DNA of 64,000 nt from a virus, in IMG/VR virus record IMGVR_UViG_3300044729_002129, positions 54,056 through 118,055 of that record; one strand, given 5' to 3'. Each line of letters starts with the position of its first letter. Position 1 is the first letter of the stretch. The translations under genes were made by a program, and so were the position numbers. The notes below the pieces were generated by a model. That model saw only the letters and a program-made list of their open reading frames with translations, was not told the origin of the DNA and made no database searches. This document shows, piece by piece, positions 1-9,594 of the stretch.

Positions 1-131
1 ATATTCTTGTCATCGCTGGTTGATGATGTCTTGATTTGATTGTCAGCAGATACTACTGACCATTTTACGCTTTCGATTAACCCGTTTAGGGAATACTTGT
101 CTGTGAATGAATTAATTAGTTGTTTTTTCAT
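1..131 (-). CDS. Sliding clamp (gp45-like), 5' part; runs off the window
   Basis: Not in the ORF track. ATG at 131 reads MKKQLINSFTDKYSLNGLIESVKWSVVSADNQIKTSSTSDDKN, which resembles N-termini of phage sliding clamps; lies two genes downstream of the DNA polymerase. Confidence 0.55.
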   Translation of the reverse strand, partial: MKKQLINSFTDKYSLNGLIESVKWSVVSADNQIKTSSTSDDKN

Positions 132-165
132 AACTTATCTATAATACTATACCGATTTGTTTTTG

Positions 166-579
166 TCAAATTGTTTCAAAGAATTCTGATGGAACTTCAC
201 TGATATATTTCTGTTTAATACATGGCATCAATCCTGAATCAGATATTGTATATAAATCATCTGGAGAAATATAGAAATATTCGATTCTATAGTCTGCATA
301 CGCAACACTTCTCATTTGATAGTACACTTTAACACTGGATATGCCAGTAGTTCTGAACTCAATATAATAAACCTTTGGATCACTTAATCTATATAACTGA
401 TTTTTAGGTATATACAAATTGTTCAATTGTATTTCATCCTTGCTAAATTCAACATATGGTCCTCTTTGGCCAATAACTACACGTTGATATTGTTTAGCAA
501 TTAACGTTAAATCTTTTGTATATAAAGGAAACTTTCCACTTGTAGTTGGAATCTTCAATAAATCTTCGTATTTTTTCAT
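166..579 (-). CDS. Hypothetical protein
   Basis: 137-aa ORF co-oriented with and packed against the polymerase gene; no motif recognised. Confidence 0.6.
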   Translation of the reverse strand: MKKYEDLLKIPTTSGKFPLYTKDLTLIAKQYQRVVIGQRGPYVEFSKDEIQLNNLYIPKNQLYRLSDPKVYYIEFRTTGISSVKVYYQMRSVAYADYRIEYFYISPDDLYTISDSGLMPCIKQKYISEVPSEFFETI

Positions 580-585
580 AACAAT

Positions 586-3246
586 TTAAAAACTAAAAAA
601 CTCGTTTAAGGTAACATCTGACTGACTTGGATATGACCAGTTCAAAATATTGTAAAAGTCCAATAATTTACCCTTGAGTTCTTGTTCGTACATAGCATTT
701 CTATCTACATACACATTAATGAAGTCCATGATCTTATCTGGATCAGTACCATCAGCCTTCATAGCAATACACTCACACCCAAACTCATTTTGTTTAAGAT
801 ATACCCATTTAATCTTTTGTCCATGAAAAATTGGAGGAACAACCTTATCAAGTTCCCAATGTTTCAATAGATCGTTATAAAACAATGCGGCTTTTGCCTG
901 AGCTGTTGTACCTTTGATATACTTGAACTTATTACGAGTCTTTGGATTATAATCAGTCTTTGATTCACCACCACTCTTGAACTTAACACTAGTATTCTTA
1001 GCAATTTCAATGACTGGAGAATTCTTCAACTTATCATCCAAGAACTTTAGAATATTTTCATCAATGATTTCCTTGGAAGTTTTACGAAGAATATCATCCA
1101 AGAATTTCTCCATGAACTTACGAAACTGAATTGGAAATGATGTACGAACTACGTCAATACCTTTTACTTCCATTTCATCACACACAATACCACCCTTGTT
1201 GATGATAAACTGAGCATATCGTTTCTTAGCCAACCAAAAACCAGTCTTGGCAATCACTTCTTGTTTTGCATCAAAACGATGTTTCTGAATATTAAACATT
1301 CTGTCTGCCATAATATCAAAGGTTTTGTTAACATGAGACTGAGCCTCACCACAAACCTTTAGAATAGCATCAGTCATTGCTTTTTCATCATTGATATCAA
1401 TCTCTGGCATCGTCTTTTGAATGATAGGTAAAGCGCTAGCAAAACAAGAGTCGGTATCAACATAAATAACATGATCATTATTTTCACTTTCATTTAGTAC
1501 ACGTTTATAGTACTGATTGATTGCTTTATTGGCTGTTTTGATAATATCTTGACCAGTTATGGTAACAGCACTCGCGTTATCCTTATCATAAAATCTAAAG
1601 ATCGGTAACCCCAATACACCATAGATTGAATTAAGTAGAACCTTTTGTACTTTTTGACGTTGTTCATAAAACTCATACATTTCCCATTCTTTTACATCCG
1701 CATGTTTCTTAGCCAATTTACGCATTTCTTTACGTTCATCGAACCACTTCACTAGAATCTCTGGAATAACTCCATCAACATCTTTGTGATATAATACACC
1801 ATTACTAGCAATACTTAGTCTAGACTCATTAACTAACTTTTTAAATTCATCATTACTATACACACTACCACCAATGTGATAATTGGAGATACGATTTTGT
1901 GTAAACATCTTTGCATTATATTGATTCAATCGTTGTTCAATATAACTATCCAACGGTGTTTGTTTCTGAGTACTATCACTCAGATTGTTATAATCTTCAA
2001 CCAATTCATCTCGTCTTTCTTTTAGAAATGACTCATCAAAATCAATCTTATCAATAACAGCTACTTTAGTCTCTGGACTGATGTTAAGTGAGATGATGAT
2101 ATTCGGATACATTGATGTAAGATCCAAATCAAACACCCAATCATAACGGCCAGGAATAGGAGATTTAACATATGCACCTTCAAATCCCTCTTCTCCGTCT
2201 TCTTTTTGACTTTCATATTCTTCATTGCCATCGATGGGTTTGTTTTTAGCTACTTGACCCTTACGACGCAAATACATAAGAATAGCACCCTCAATGAATC
2301 GTGAACTCTTTGGGTAACAATCGTATGGTACGTGTCCTTTGTGACAAATAGCTCTAGCTAGTTCAATAAATTGTTTCTTCTTTTCTAACGCTACAATAAT
2401 TTTAACGTCATTCAAGTTATATTCAAGATACTTGTTAATATCTTGTTTATACAAATCATCAAGACTACCACGATAGGCAATCTTCTCCATACCAACAACT
2501 TTCTTACCAATAGCTCCTAAAGCATAACTAGCCTCTTGTTTGATGTTTAGCTTCTTGTAAAGATCCATATAATCAATATGAGTTACACCAGCAATTACGA
2601 GCTTTTTACTCCAATCATTGATATAAGTCACACCAATTGGACTCATACGTTTGGCTTGTGATTGACCAATTATGTTCTTCATTCGACGATACAAATAAGG
2701 CATATCGAATTGGTCACTATTCCAACCAGTTACAATAGTTGGTTGGATTTCTTCCCACTTGGTAACAAAGTGAGACAACAAACTTTCTTCATCTGTAAAA
2801 CTACGAACATCAACGTTGTCTTGAGAAAAATCTTGAAGTTTATTGTCCCGATCTAAAATAAATGCTGTGTATCTTTCAATGGCACTATCGTATATGGCGA
2901 TTGCTGTGATTTCTTTATCAGCCGTTTCGACATTCGGAAAGCCACCTTCCGAGCTAGTTTCGATATCAAGGTACAAAACTCGGTGCCCAACAGAGAGATC
3001 ATCGGTGTCTTCATATGCATCTATAAGTATGCGAGTTTCGATGGGAACATCCGATTCAAATAAAGATGGATCTCTTGGATTGAAGGAATAAACCTTCTCC
3101 AATTCATCTCCAAAAATACTCTTATACTTACCACCATTACGCTTTCTATAAGCATATGGTCTAAACACAAAATTGGTATAACCCTGTTTATCATCCCAAA
3201 GATGACAGGTATTTGTTTTTTTATCGAAAAAGATATTCTGATACAT
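586..3246 (-). CDS. DNA polymerase, family B (T4 gp43-like)
   Basis: Exonuclease motifs DIET, GWNSDQFD, YNLNDV; polymerase motifs DLTSMYPNII, KVLLNSIYG, YVDTDS, KKRYA; C-terminal clamp-binding-like LNEFF. Confidence 0.97.
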   Translation of the reverse strand: MYQNIFFDKKTNTCHLWDDKQGYTNFVFRPYAYRKRNGGKYKSIFGDELEKVYSFNPRDPSLFESDVPIETRILIDAYEDTDDLSVGHRVLYLDIETSSEGGFPNVETADKEITAIAIYDSAIERYTAFILDRDNKLQDFSQDNVDVRSFTDEESLLSHFVTKWEEIQPTIVTGWNSDQFDMPYLYRRMKNIIGQSQAKRMSPIGVTYINDWSKKLVIAGVTHIDYMDLYKKLNIKQEASYALGAIGKKVVGMEKIAYRGSLDDLYKQDINKYLEYNLNDVKIIVALEKKKQFIELARAICHKGHVPYDCYPKSSRFIEGAILMYLRRKGQVAKNKPIDGNEEYESQKEDGEEGFEGAYVKSPIPGRYDWVFDLDLTSMYPNIIISLNISPETKVAVIDKIDFDESFLKERRDELVEDYNNLSDSTQKQTPLDSYIEQRLNQYNAKMFTQNRISNYHIGGSVYSNDEFKKLVNESRLSIASNGVLYHKDVDGVIPEILVKWFDERKEMRKLAKKHADVKEWEMYEFYEQRQKVQKVLLNSIYGVLGLPIFRFYDKDNASAVTITGQDIIKTANKAINQYYKRVLNESENNDHVIYVDTDSCFASALPIIQKTMPEIDINDEKAMTDAILKVCGEAQSHVNKTFDIMADRMFNIQKHRFDAKQEVIAKTGFWLAKKRYAQFIINKGGIVCDEMEVKGIDVVRTSFPIQFRKFMEKFLDDILRKTSKEIIDENILKFLDDKLKNSPVIEIAKNTSVKFKSGGESKTDYNPKTRNKFKYIKGTTAQAKAALFYNDLLKHWELDKVVPPIFHGQKIKWVYLKQNEFGCECIAMKADGTDPDKIMDFINVYVDRNAMYEQELKGKLLDFYNILNWSYPSQSDVTLNEFFSF

Positions 3247-3252
3247 ACCCAG

Positions 3253-3483
3253 TTATCTTACATTCAATTTGCCCATAAGTCCATCATAAACTTGCTGATG
3301 TTCGGCTTTAACGTGAACTTTACACTGATTCAACCGATTCATCAACTTTTTGTGGTTGATTGATGTGAATAATACAGGTTCTAATTCTATTTCTTTTAAT
3401 ATTGGGGGATTTACTTTATTTATACAAAACCACAACATTGATAATTCATCTTCAGTCAAAGATTTTAATTGGTCTATCGTCAT
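3253..3483 (-). CDS. Small hypothetical protein
   Basis: Probable start is ATG 3483 (MTIDQL), preceded by GAGG; the longer ORF call overlaps the divergent gene. Confidence 0.6.
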   Translation of the reverse strand: MTIDQLKSLTEDELSMLWFCINKVNPPILKEIELEPVLFTSINHKKLMNRLNQCKVHVKAEHQQVYDGLMGKLNVR

Positions 3484-3511
3484 AACCTCTATATATATGA
3501 CAAAGAGTTTT

Positions 3512-4123
3512 ATGAAAAATGACGAAGTTAAAAATGTTGTAGAGCATTGTCTATCTCCTGTAATAATCAACAGAAATTATATTCAACAGGTAAAAGAAGA
3601 ATTTACAATGTTATCATATTTCTTACATTCATTCAAACCACACAATATACTTGAAATAGGATGTAAAGGTGGAACATTCTATATGTTCAACAAATTCTCC
3701 ACAGGGAAAAAAGTGGGTGTAGATATTGACGATCAATATCAATTCAATATGCACCTTTACATGTATAACGAAGATTTTGTTTTTATTAAAGCCAATTCAC
3801 ATTTAGAAGAAACATATCAAAAAGTTAAAAATATATGTGATTCATATGATTTTATATTCATAGATGGAGATCATACATATGATGGTGTAAAACGTGATTT
3901 TGAACTATATAAAAGTTTACTGAGTCCCAGAGGTTATATTGGATTTCATGATATAGATCCAAATCACGTATTTAAACAAGCCGCCAATGTACAAGTAGAT
4001 CAATTCTGGAAAGAATTAAACTATGGAAGTAAAACTGAGATAATTTGTCAACGATCTAATGCACATTACTACATGGGATCTGAAAGAGAACACTATGGTG
4101 GTATTGGTTTATGGCAACCCTAA
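3512..4123 (+). CDS. Class I SAM methyltransferase (Methyltransf_24-like, sugar O-methyltransferase type)
   Basis: ILEIGCKGG, DFIFIDGDHTY, GYIGFHD motifs; start moved to ATG 3512 (3497 also possible). Confidence 0.85.
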   Translation: MKNDEVKNVVEHCLSPVIINRNYIQQVKEEFTMLSYFLHSFKPHNILEIGCKGGTFYMFNKFSTGKKVGVDIDDQYQFNMHLYMYNEDFVFIKANSHLEETYQKVKNICDSYDFIFIDGDHTYDGVKRDFELYKSLLSPRGYIGFHDIDPNHVFKQAANVQVDQFWKELNYGSKTEIICQRSNAHYYMGSEREHYGGIGLWQP

Positions 4124-4849
4124 CTTAACACCAAAAATATTTGATTTATAATTAATAAAGATTGTATCCTTTAATTTACGTTCAAGGTTTTCAATCTCTT
4201 TGATGTGTACTTGTTTTTCTTCATCTTCCACTTCCTTAACACTAAATGAATTGCCAGATGTACTAACTGTACTTTCTCTTGGACTTAATGCTACGTGTGG
4301 AGTAATAACCAAATAATCTCCCTCTTTCAAATCCTTCTTCTTTTTAGACTTGTTATCATAAACGATAGCCTTGCCCTCCACAACATATACATGGGTATAC
4401 TTTTCACCAGCCTTAATGAATAGTTTAGCCTTATCATACGCAATATTTCCTACACCTGTACCAATAGTACTTGATTTGTCTGATTCAGATACCACATACA
4501 ACTGACCCAACAAAGAAAAGCTAAACGATGCATCTTTTACTTTAACTACATGTGGTACACTAGAATCACTAGCATATGTAATAACGTCACCATTAAAATA
4601 AACAGCACTACCTTCTGATTGTGTAAAAGCAATACGATGTGGTACCATATAACTCACCACACCATTTGTTTCGGTCTTTATACTCAAACCGTTGGTCAAT
4701 GAAAATGTTATACCTGATACAGCAACCTTATCATTTAACTTATTGTCAACAACTTCTGATACACCCACACTACCACCGAAATCATATAACATAACGTTAT
4801 TTGCAAGAAGTGAAAGTGAACTTAATAAAATTAATAATATTTTTTTCAT
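4109..4849 (-). CDS. Exported FecR-like beta-domain protein
   Basis: N-terminal signal peptide MKKILLILLSSLSLLA; THVYVVEGKAIV resembles the FecR V-x-V-x-EG-x-V motif. Confidence 0.5.
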   Translation of the reverse strand: MKKILLILLSSLSLLANNVMLYDFGGSVGVSEVVDNKLNDKVAVSGITFSLTNGLSIKTETNGVVSYMVPHRIAFTQSEGSAVYFNGDVITYASDSSVPHVVKVKDASFSFSLLGQLYVVSESDKSSTIGTGVGNIAYDKAKLFIKAGEKYTHVYVVEGKAIVYDNKSKKKKDLKEGDYLVITPHVALSPRESTVSTSGNSFSVKEVEDEEKQVHIKEIENLERKLKDTIFINYKSNIFGVKLGLP

Positions 4850-4873
4850 ATGTTAATAAATAGTTGTTATAAA

Positions 4874-4901
4874 TTGACGAATGTTACTTATGGTATACTA
4901 T
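4874..4901 (+). promoter_or_regulatory. Sigma70-like promoter
   Basis: TTGACG-N16-TACTAT upstream of the nuclease gene. Confidence 0.5.
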
Positions 4902-5787
4902 GGAATCTATGGAAGTACAAGAAATAAAAAAGAACCGGGTCAGTTTCAGTCAGTATTCAACTTACTTGAAATGTCCACATAAATGGTATCTTGACTATGC
5001 AAAGAACTTGCGTATCAAGGACGATAGCATCCACACCACCTTTGGTACCGCAATTCATCATGCTTTTCAAACATATTTGACTTCCCTATACAATGAAGGT
5101 GTAGGTATTGCAGATGCATTGGATGTCAAGAAATTGTTCTTGGATAAATTCAATGAGGAAATTAAAAAGGTAAAAGATCTAAAAGAAGATGATGTGACTG
5201 AATTCATATTTGATGGTCATGATATTATTGATGCCTTTTGTAAGTCTGCAAATAGATTAAAACACTTTCCCACCAAAGATTATGACCTAGTAGGTATTGA
5301 AATTCCACTGGAGATTCCAATCAAAAATAATGTAAACTTCGTTGGATTCGTAGATATTATCCTCAAAGAAAAGAACCGAGAGTATTACAAGATCATTGAC
5401 TTTAAAACAAGTAGTAGTGGTTGGAATAGTTACATGAAGGAAGATGAAAGCAAAATCGCTCAACTTCATCTATACAAAAGCGTTTATAGTAAAAAATTCA
5501 ATGTACCTCTAAATAGCATTGAGGTTGAATTCTTCATCGTTAAACGCAAACTTTATGAAAACGTTAGCTTTCCACAAAGCAGAATTCAAATATTCAGACC
5601 ACCATCCGGTCCCACTTCTATCAAAGAATCTATCAATAACTTCATTGAATTCTTAAATCACGGCTTCAAAGAAGATGGTACTTATAACTTAGAAAATCAA
5701 TACATTAAGATTCCAGGTAACGGAAAAAAGAATTGTAAGTACTGCACCCATTACAAAAAACTATGTGATGGCAAAGCTAGCAAATAA
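4900..5787 (+). CDS. Cas4-like PD-(D/E)XK exonuclease with Fe-S cysteines
   Basis: VSFSQY..CP, FGTAIH, GFVDII, IIDFKTS, QLHLY, C-terminal CKYC..C; real start may be ATG 4909. Confidence 0.85.
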   Translation: MESMEVQEIKKNRVSFSQYSTYLKCPHKWYLDYAKNLRIKDDSIHTTFGTAIHHAFQTYLTSLYNEGVGIADALDVKKLFLDKFNEEIKKVKDLKEDDVTEFIFDGHDIIDAFCKSANRLKHFPTKDYDLVGIEIPLEIPIKNNVNFVGFVDIILKEKNREYYKIIDFKTSSSGWNSYMKEDESKIAQLHLYKSVYSKKFNVPLNSIEVEFFIVKRKLYENVSFPQSRIQIFRPPSGPTSIKESINNFIEFLNHGFKEDGTYNLENQYIKIPGNGKKNCKYCTHYKKLCDGKASK

Positions 5788-5804
5788 AAATAACACATTT
5801 GTGA

Positions 5805-5824
5805 ATATATACATATGTATATAT
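5805..5824. promoter_or_regulatory. Perfect 20-bp palindrome, putative operator
   Basis: ATATATACAT|ATGTATATAT, 11 nt upstream of the RHH-like gene that heads the glycan operon. Confidence 0.55.
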
Positions 5825-5835
5825 GTAAATATGTT

Positions 5836-6054
5836 ATGGATCAATTTGTTACAACAGTAAAACTAGACAATGAGTTGTACTCACAATTCAAAGAAATCAA
5901 CGTCAGAAGCAAAATATCTTTTCAAGACTTTGTAAATAAATGTCTTGAACGATACATTGACGATGCTAACTTTAGAAACGCAATCAGCGAAAGTGTTGTA
6001 CAAAAGTTAAGTTTTAACCAACCATTTCAACTTTCAAACCCCAAGGAAAAATAA
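5836..6054 (+). CDS. Ribbon-helix-helix DNA-binding protein
   Basis: TTVKLDNELYSQFK...SFQDFVNKCLERY matches the RHH strand-helix-helix pattern. Confidence 0.65.
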   Translation: MDQFVTTVKLDNELYSQFKEINVRSKISFQDFVNKCLERYIDDANFRNAISESVVQKLSFNQPFQLSNPKEK

Positions 6055-6596
6055 TGAAAAAAAAGATACTATTATTGAGTGACGATCTAAGAATGCATAG
6101 TGGTGTTGCAACCATGAGTAGAGAATTGGTATTAGGTACTCTACATCACTATGATTGGGTACAAATCGCAGGCGCAATCAAACACCCAGAACAAGGTAAA
6201 GTTATCGACATGAAAGAAGCATGCGATAAACTAAATGGTAGAAATGACAACTATTTGAGATTGTATCCAGCTGATGGATATGGTAACGAAGAATTGTTAT
6301 TTCAACTAATTGCTCATGAAAAACCAGATGCTATTATGCACTTCACAGACCCACGTTTCTGGGGTTGGTTGTATAATATTGAACATCAAATTCGTGCCAA
6401 GATTCCACTAACATATCTAGACATTTGGGATGATCTACCATATCCAATGTGGAACAAACCATTCTATAAGTGTTGTGACGCATTGTTTGCAATTAGTAGA
6501 CAAACTGATAATATCAATAAGTGGGTACTAGGACCAGAAAATTGTACCAGTATCTATGGTGATTTTGACAACAACGGAAACATTATTAAAGGATAA
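6054..6596 (+). CDS. GT-B/GT4 glycosyltransferase, N-terminal half (split gene)
   Basis: KKILLLSDD..SGVA and EKPDAI form a GT4 N-terminal domain. Confidence 0.8.
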   Translation: MKKKILLLSDDLRMHSGVATMSRELVLGTLHHYDWVQIAGAIKHPEQGKVIDMKEACDKLNGRNDNYLRLYPADGYGNEELLFQLIAHEKPDAIMHFTDPRFWGWLYNIEHQIRAKIPLTYLDIWDDLPYPMWNKPFYKCCDALFAISRQTDNINKWVLGPENCTSIYGDFDNNGNIIKG

Positions 6597-6599
6597 TTT

Positions 6600-7571
6600 A
6601 TGCCAGTAAAAGGAAAACATCTATTACACTTAGTGCCACATGGTATCAATAGTGACGAATTCAAAGCACTTGACAACAAACATCAATCTGTTGTTAAGTT
6701 GAAGAAAGAATATTTCAAAGATAAGGAATATAACTTTGTAGTTGGATTCAACAGCAGAAATGCTCACCGCAAACATCCTGCGAATCTAATTTTAGCATTT
6801 AAAGCATTTTGTTCTACATTGACCAAAGAAGAAGCTGATAAATGTGCATTGTTACTTCATACAGATGAAATTTGTGAAGCTGGTACTGACCTACCAGCTA
6901 CTACAAAAGCTATTGCTCCAGAATGCAATGTTATTTTTGATGATAGTCGAAAAACTCCCGAAGAAATGGTTGCGTTCTATAACATCTGTGACGTTGTAGC
7001 AAACGTAAGTTCCAACGAAGGGTTTGGTCTAAGTATCGCAGAATCATTAATGTGTGAAACTCCAGTAATTGCAACAGTCACAGGTGGTCTACAAGATCAA
7101 TTGGGTATTACAGATGATAGTGGTAATCCAGTTGAATTCAATCGTGACTTTGGTACAAATTGTACTGGACGATACAAGAACCATGGCAAGTGGGCTAAGC
7201 CAGTTTGGACCAAGGTACACAATATGCAAGGTAGTCCTCCTACACCATACATTTTGGATGACATGACCAATTATAGTGATATTGCAGATGCTATTATGTA
7301 TTGGTATTTGGCTGGCTCTCAAAAGCGTGAGGAGTGTGGTAAAGAAGGTCGTCGTTGGGCAATGAATGAAGGTGGTATTAATTCAAAGAACATGTGCGAT
7401 CAGTTTATCAAAGCCATGGACTTTACATTGAATAACTTTAATCCTGTTAATAAGTTTGACTTGTTTACATTCGACGGATACAATACTAAGTCATTACCAG
7501 ACAATGCTTTGGGATTTGATTTACACAAAATTGACGTTGATAAAATCAAAAAAGAGGTATCTAGTCTATGA
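6600..7571 (+). CDS. GT-B/GT4 glycosyltransferase, C-terminal half
   Basis: VPHGIN, RNAHRK, EGFGLSIAES (GT4 E-x7-E motif), PVIATVTGG. Confidence 0.88.
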   Translation: MPVKGKHLLHLVPHGINSDEFKALDNKHQSVVKLKKEYFKDKEYNFVVGFNSRNAHRKHPANLILAFKAFCSTLTKEEADKCALLLHTDEICEAGTDLPATTKAIAPECNVIFDDSRKTPEEMVAFYNICDVVANVSSNEGFGLSIAESLMCETPVIATVTGGLQDQLGITDDSGNPVEFNRDFGTNCTGRYKNHGKWAKPVWTKVHNMQGSPPTPYILDDMTNYSDIADAIMYWYLAGSQKREECGKEGRRWAMNEGGINSKNMCDQFIKAMDFTLNNFNPVNKFDLFTFDGYNTKSLPDNALGFDLHKIDVDKIKKEVSSL

Positions 7572-8248
7572 AAATTCAAGTACTTAAAAACGAAGTCTAT
7601 CAAGACGTAGAAGATCTACCCAAGAAAGGTACAGATCGTGCTACTGGTTATGATATAGTTACTACAAGTGAACCCGAGATTGTTGGTGAAACAACAGATA
7701 ATATCACATATACCAGAGTAGATTATATTCAATATAAAACTAACCTTAAACTAGCTGTACTGAAAGAACGTGAGTTTAGTAATTTTGGTTATAAAGATAT
7801 TGATCATGATGTATTAGCATTTCCACGTAGTAGTGTTAGCAAGTACAATTTAGTATTGGCTAATTGTATTGGATTGATTGACGCAGATTATCGTGGAGAA
7901 GTATTGCTACGTTTCAAGTATATATGGCAACCAGAAGATTATAGAATTACAAAGGATAATCTTTTAGAAGGTATCGTTAATAGCAACAAAATCTACAAAA
8001 AAGGTGATAAAGTTTGCCAACTCAAAGCAACCAGAGTAGAAAATATACAGTTTGTTTTGGTAAATGAATTGGATACTACCAACCGAGGTGAAGGTGGTTT
8101 TGGAAGCACAGATACCAAAAAAGCTCCAAGTGCGGAAGATGCTAGTAAACATATGACTACAATGGAAGCATTATACAATAAGGTTGGTGGCGTACCTACT
8201 CCATCTAAAAAATATACAGAGTTAATGAAAGAAAGGAACTTACAATAA
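7568..8248 (+). CDS. dut: dUTPase (trimeric type) with C-terminal extension
   Basis: ATGYD, PRSS, GLIDADYRGE, GDKVCQ, RGEGGFGST motifs. Confidence 0.93.
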   Translation: MKIQVLKNEVYQDVEDLPKKGTDRATGYDIVTTSEPEIVGETTDNITYTRVDYIQYKTNLKLAVLKEREFSNFGYKDIDHDVLAFPRSSVSKYNLVLANCIGLIDADYRGEVLLRFKYIWQPEDYRITKDNLLEGIVNSNKIYKKGDKVCQLKATRVENIQFVLVNELDTTNRGEGGFGSTDTKKAPSAEDASKHMTTMEALYNKVGGVPTPSKKYTELMKERNLQ

Positions 8249-8249
8249 T

Positions 8250-9593
8250 ATGAGCAAGCCAGTATGTGTAATTCAGGGACCAGTCTTTAATCGTAGTGGT
8301 TATGGAGATTGGGCTACTACAATTGCCAAGAGTCTAATTCGTCAAGATAAATATGACGTAAAGATTCTTCCAACACGTTGGGGTAATTGTCAAACCAAGA
8401 GATTTGTAGAAGAACTAAATGATCCAAATGATCAATTACTATTCTCTAAGTTCCTACAAAAGGGATTGGATAAACAGCCAGAGTTATTTATTCAAGTTAC
8501 CATTCCAAATGAGTTTCAAAAGGTTGGTAAGTATAATATTGGTATGACCGCAGGTATTGAAACAACCGCCTGTGCTGGTGAATGGATTGAAGGTGTAAAT
8601 CGTATGGATCTAACCATCGGTTTGTCAAATCATGTGAAGAAGACCTTCCAAGATACAAAATACAAAAAGAAGCTTGAAAATGGTAGAGAAGAACCTATCG
8701 AAGTAAACAAACCTATTGAAGTATGTTTCTGGGGAGCCAATACGGATATCTACAAGAAAACAGACATCATCGAACCAAACGTTGATAGTGCGTTGTCTAA
8801 GATTTCAGAAAAACATGCATTTTTGTTTGTTGGTCAATGGACACACCAAGGTTTATATAATGATCGTAAGGATATTGGAAACCTTATCAAAACATTCTGC
8901 AACGCTTTCAAAAACTTTGAACCAAACAATAGACCTTGTTTGATTCTAAAGACAAATGGTGCTGGTTACTCAACCGTTGATCGATTTGATACACTAGAAA
9001 GAATCAATAAGATTCGTAATAGTGTAAGTCCAAATGCTCCAAGTGTTTATCTACTACATGGTGAATTGAATGACGTTGAAATGAATAGTCTATTCAATCA
9101 CCCAAAAGTAATTAGTCACGTATCATTTACCCATGGTGAAGGTTTTGGTCATCCCATGTTGTTGTCAACATTGAGTGGTAAACCATTGTTGGCTCCAAAC
9201 TGGAGTGGTCATTTGGATTATTTGAATCCAGCAAATGCAAATCTATTACCTGGTACTTTGGTTGATGTTGATAAAAAATCAGTCAACGAATGGATTATTA
9301 AGGAAAGCAAGTGGTTTAGAGTATCTTATTCACTAGCTGAAGATAAGTTGAAGTATATCTATCAGAATAGAAATAATGATAAAGTTATTCAAAAGGCTGA
9401 ATATCTACGTGTTGAAAATGCTGAAAAGTTTAGTTTACAGGCGATGGATACAAAGTTGTGGTCTATTATGGACAAATATGTTCCAGAATTTGCCACTGAG
9501 AATAAGTTTGTTCTACCCAAATTAAAATCAGTAGGTAGTTCAGTTGCAAGTGCTACTGATAAATTAGTATTACCAAAACTAAAGATGCAATAA
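8250..9593 (+). CDS. GT4-like glycosyltransferase
   Basis: SGYG near the N-terminus, RKDIG, GEGFGHP, WSGHLDY. Confidence 0.85.
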   Translation: MSKPVCVIQGPVFNRSGYGDWATTIAKSLIRQDKYDVKILPTRWGNCQTKRFVEELNDPNDQLLFSKFLQKGLDKQPELFIQVTIPNEFQKVGKYNIGMTAGIETTACAGEWIEGVNRMDLTIGLSNHVKKTFQDTKYKKKLENGREEPIEVNKPIEVCFWGANTDIYKKTDIIEPNVDSALSKISEKHAFLFVGQWTHQGLYNDRKDIGNLIKTFCNAFKNFEPNNRPCLILKTNGAGYSTVDRFDTLERINKIRNSVSPNAPSVYLLHGELNDVEMNSLFNHPKVISHVSFTHGEGFGHPMLLSTLSGKPLLAPNWSGHLDYLNPANANLLPGTLVDVDKKSVNEWIIKESKWFRVSYSLAEDKLKYIYQNRNNDKVIQKAEYLRVENAEKFSLQAMDTKLWSIMDKYVPEFATENKFVLPKLKSVGSSVASATDKLVLPKLKMQ

Positions 9594-9594
9594 T

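Noticed and set aside
4900-5787. Cas4-like gene as part of a CRISPR-Cas system
   Set aside because: No cas1/cas2 or array in the window; solo Cas4-like nucleases are common in phages
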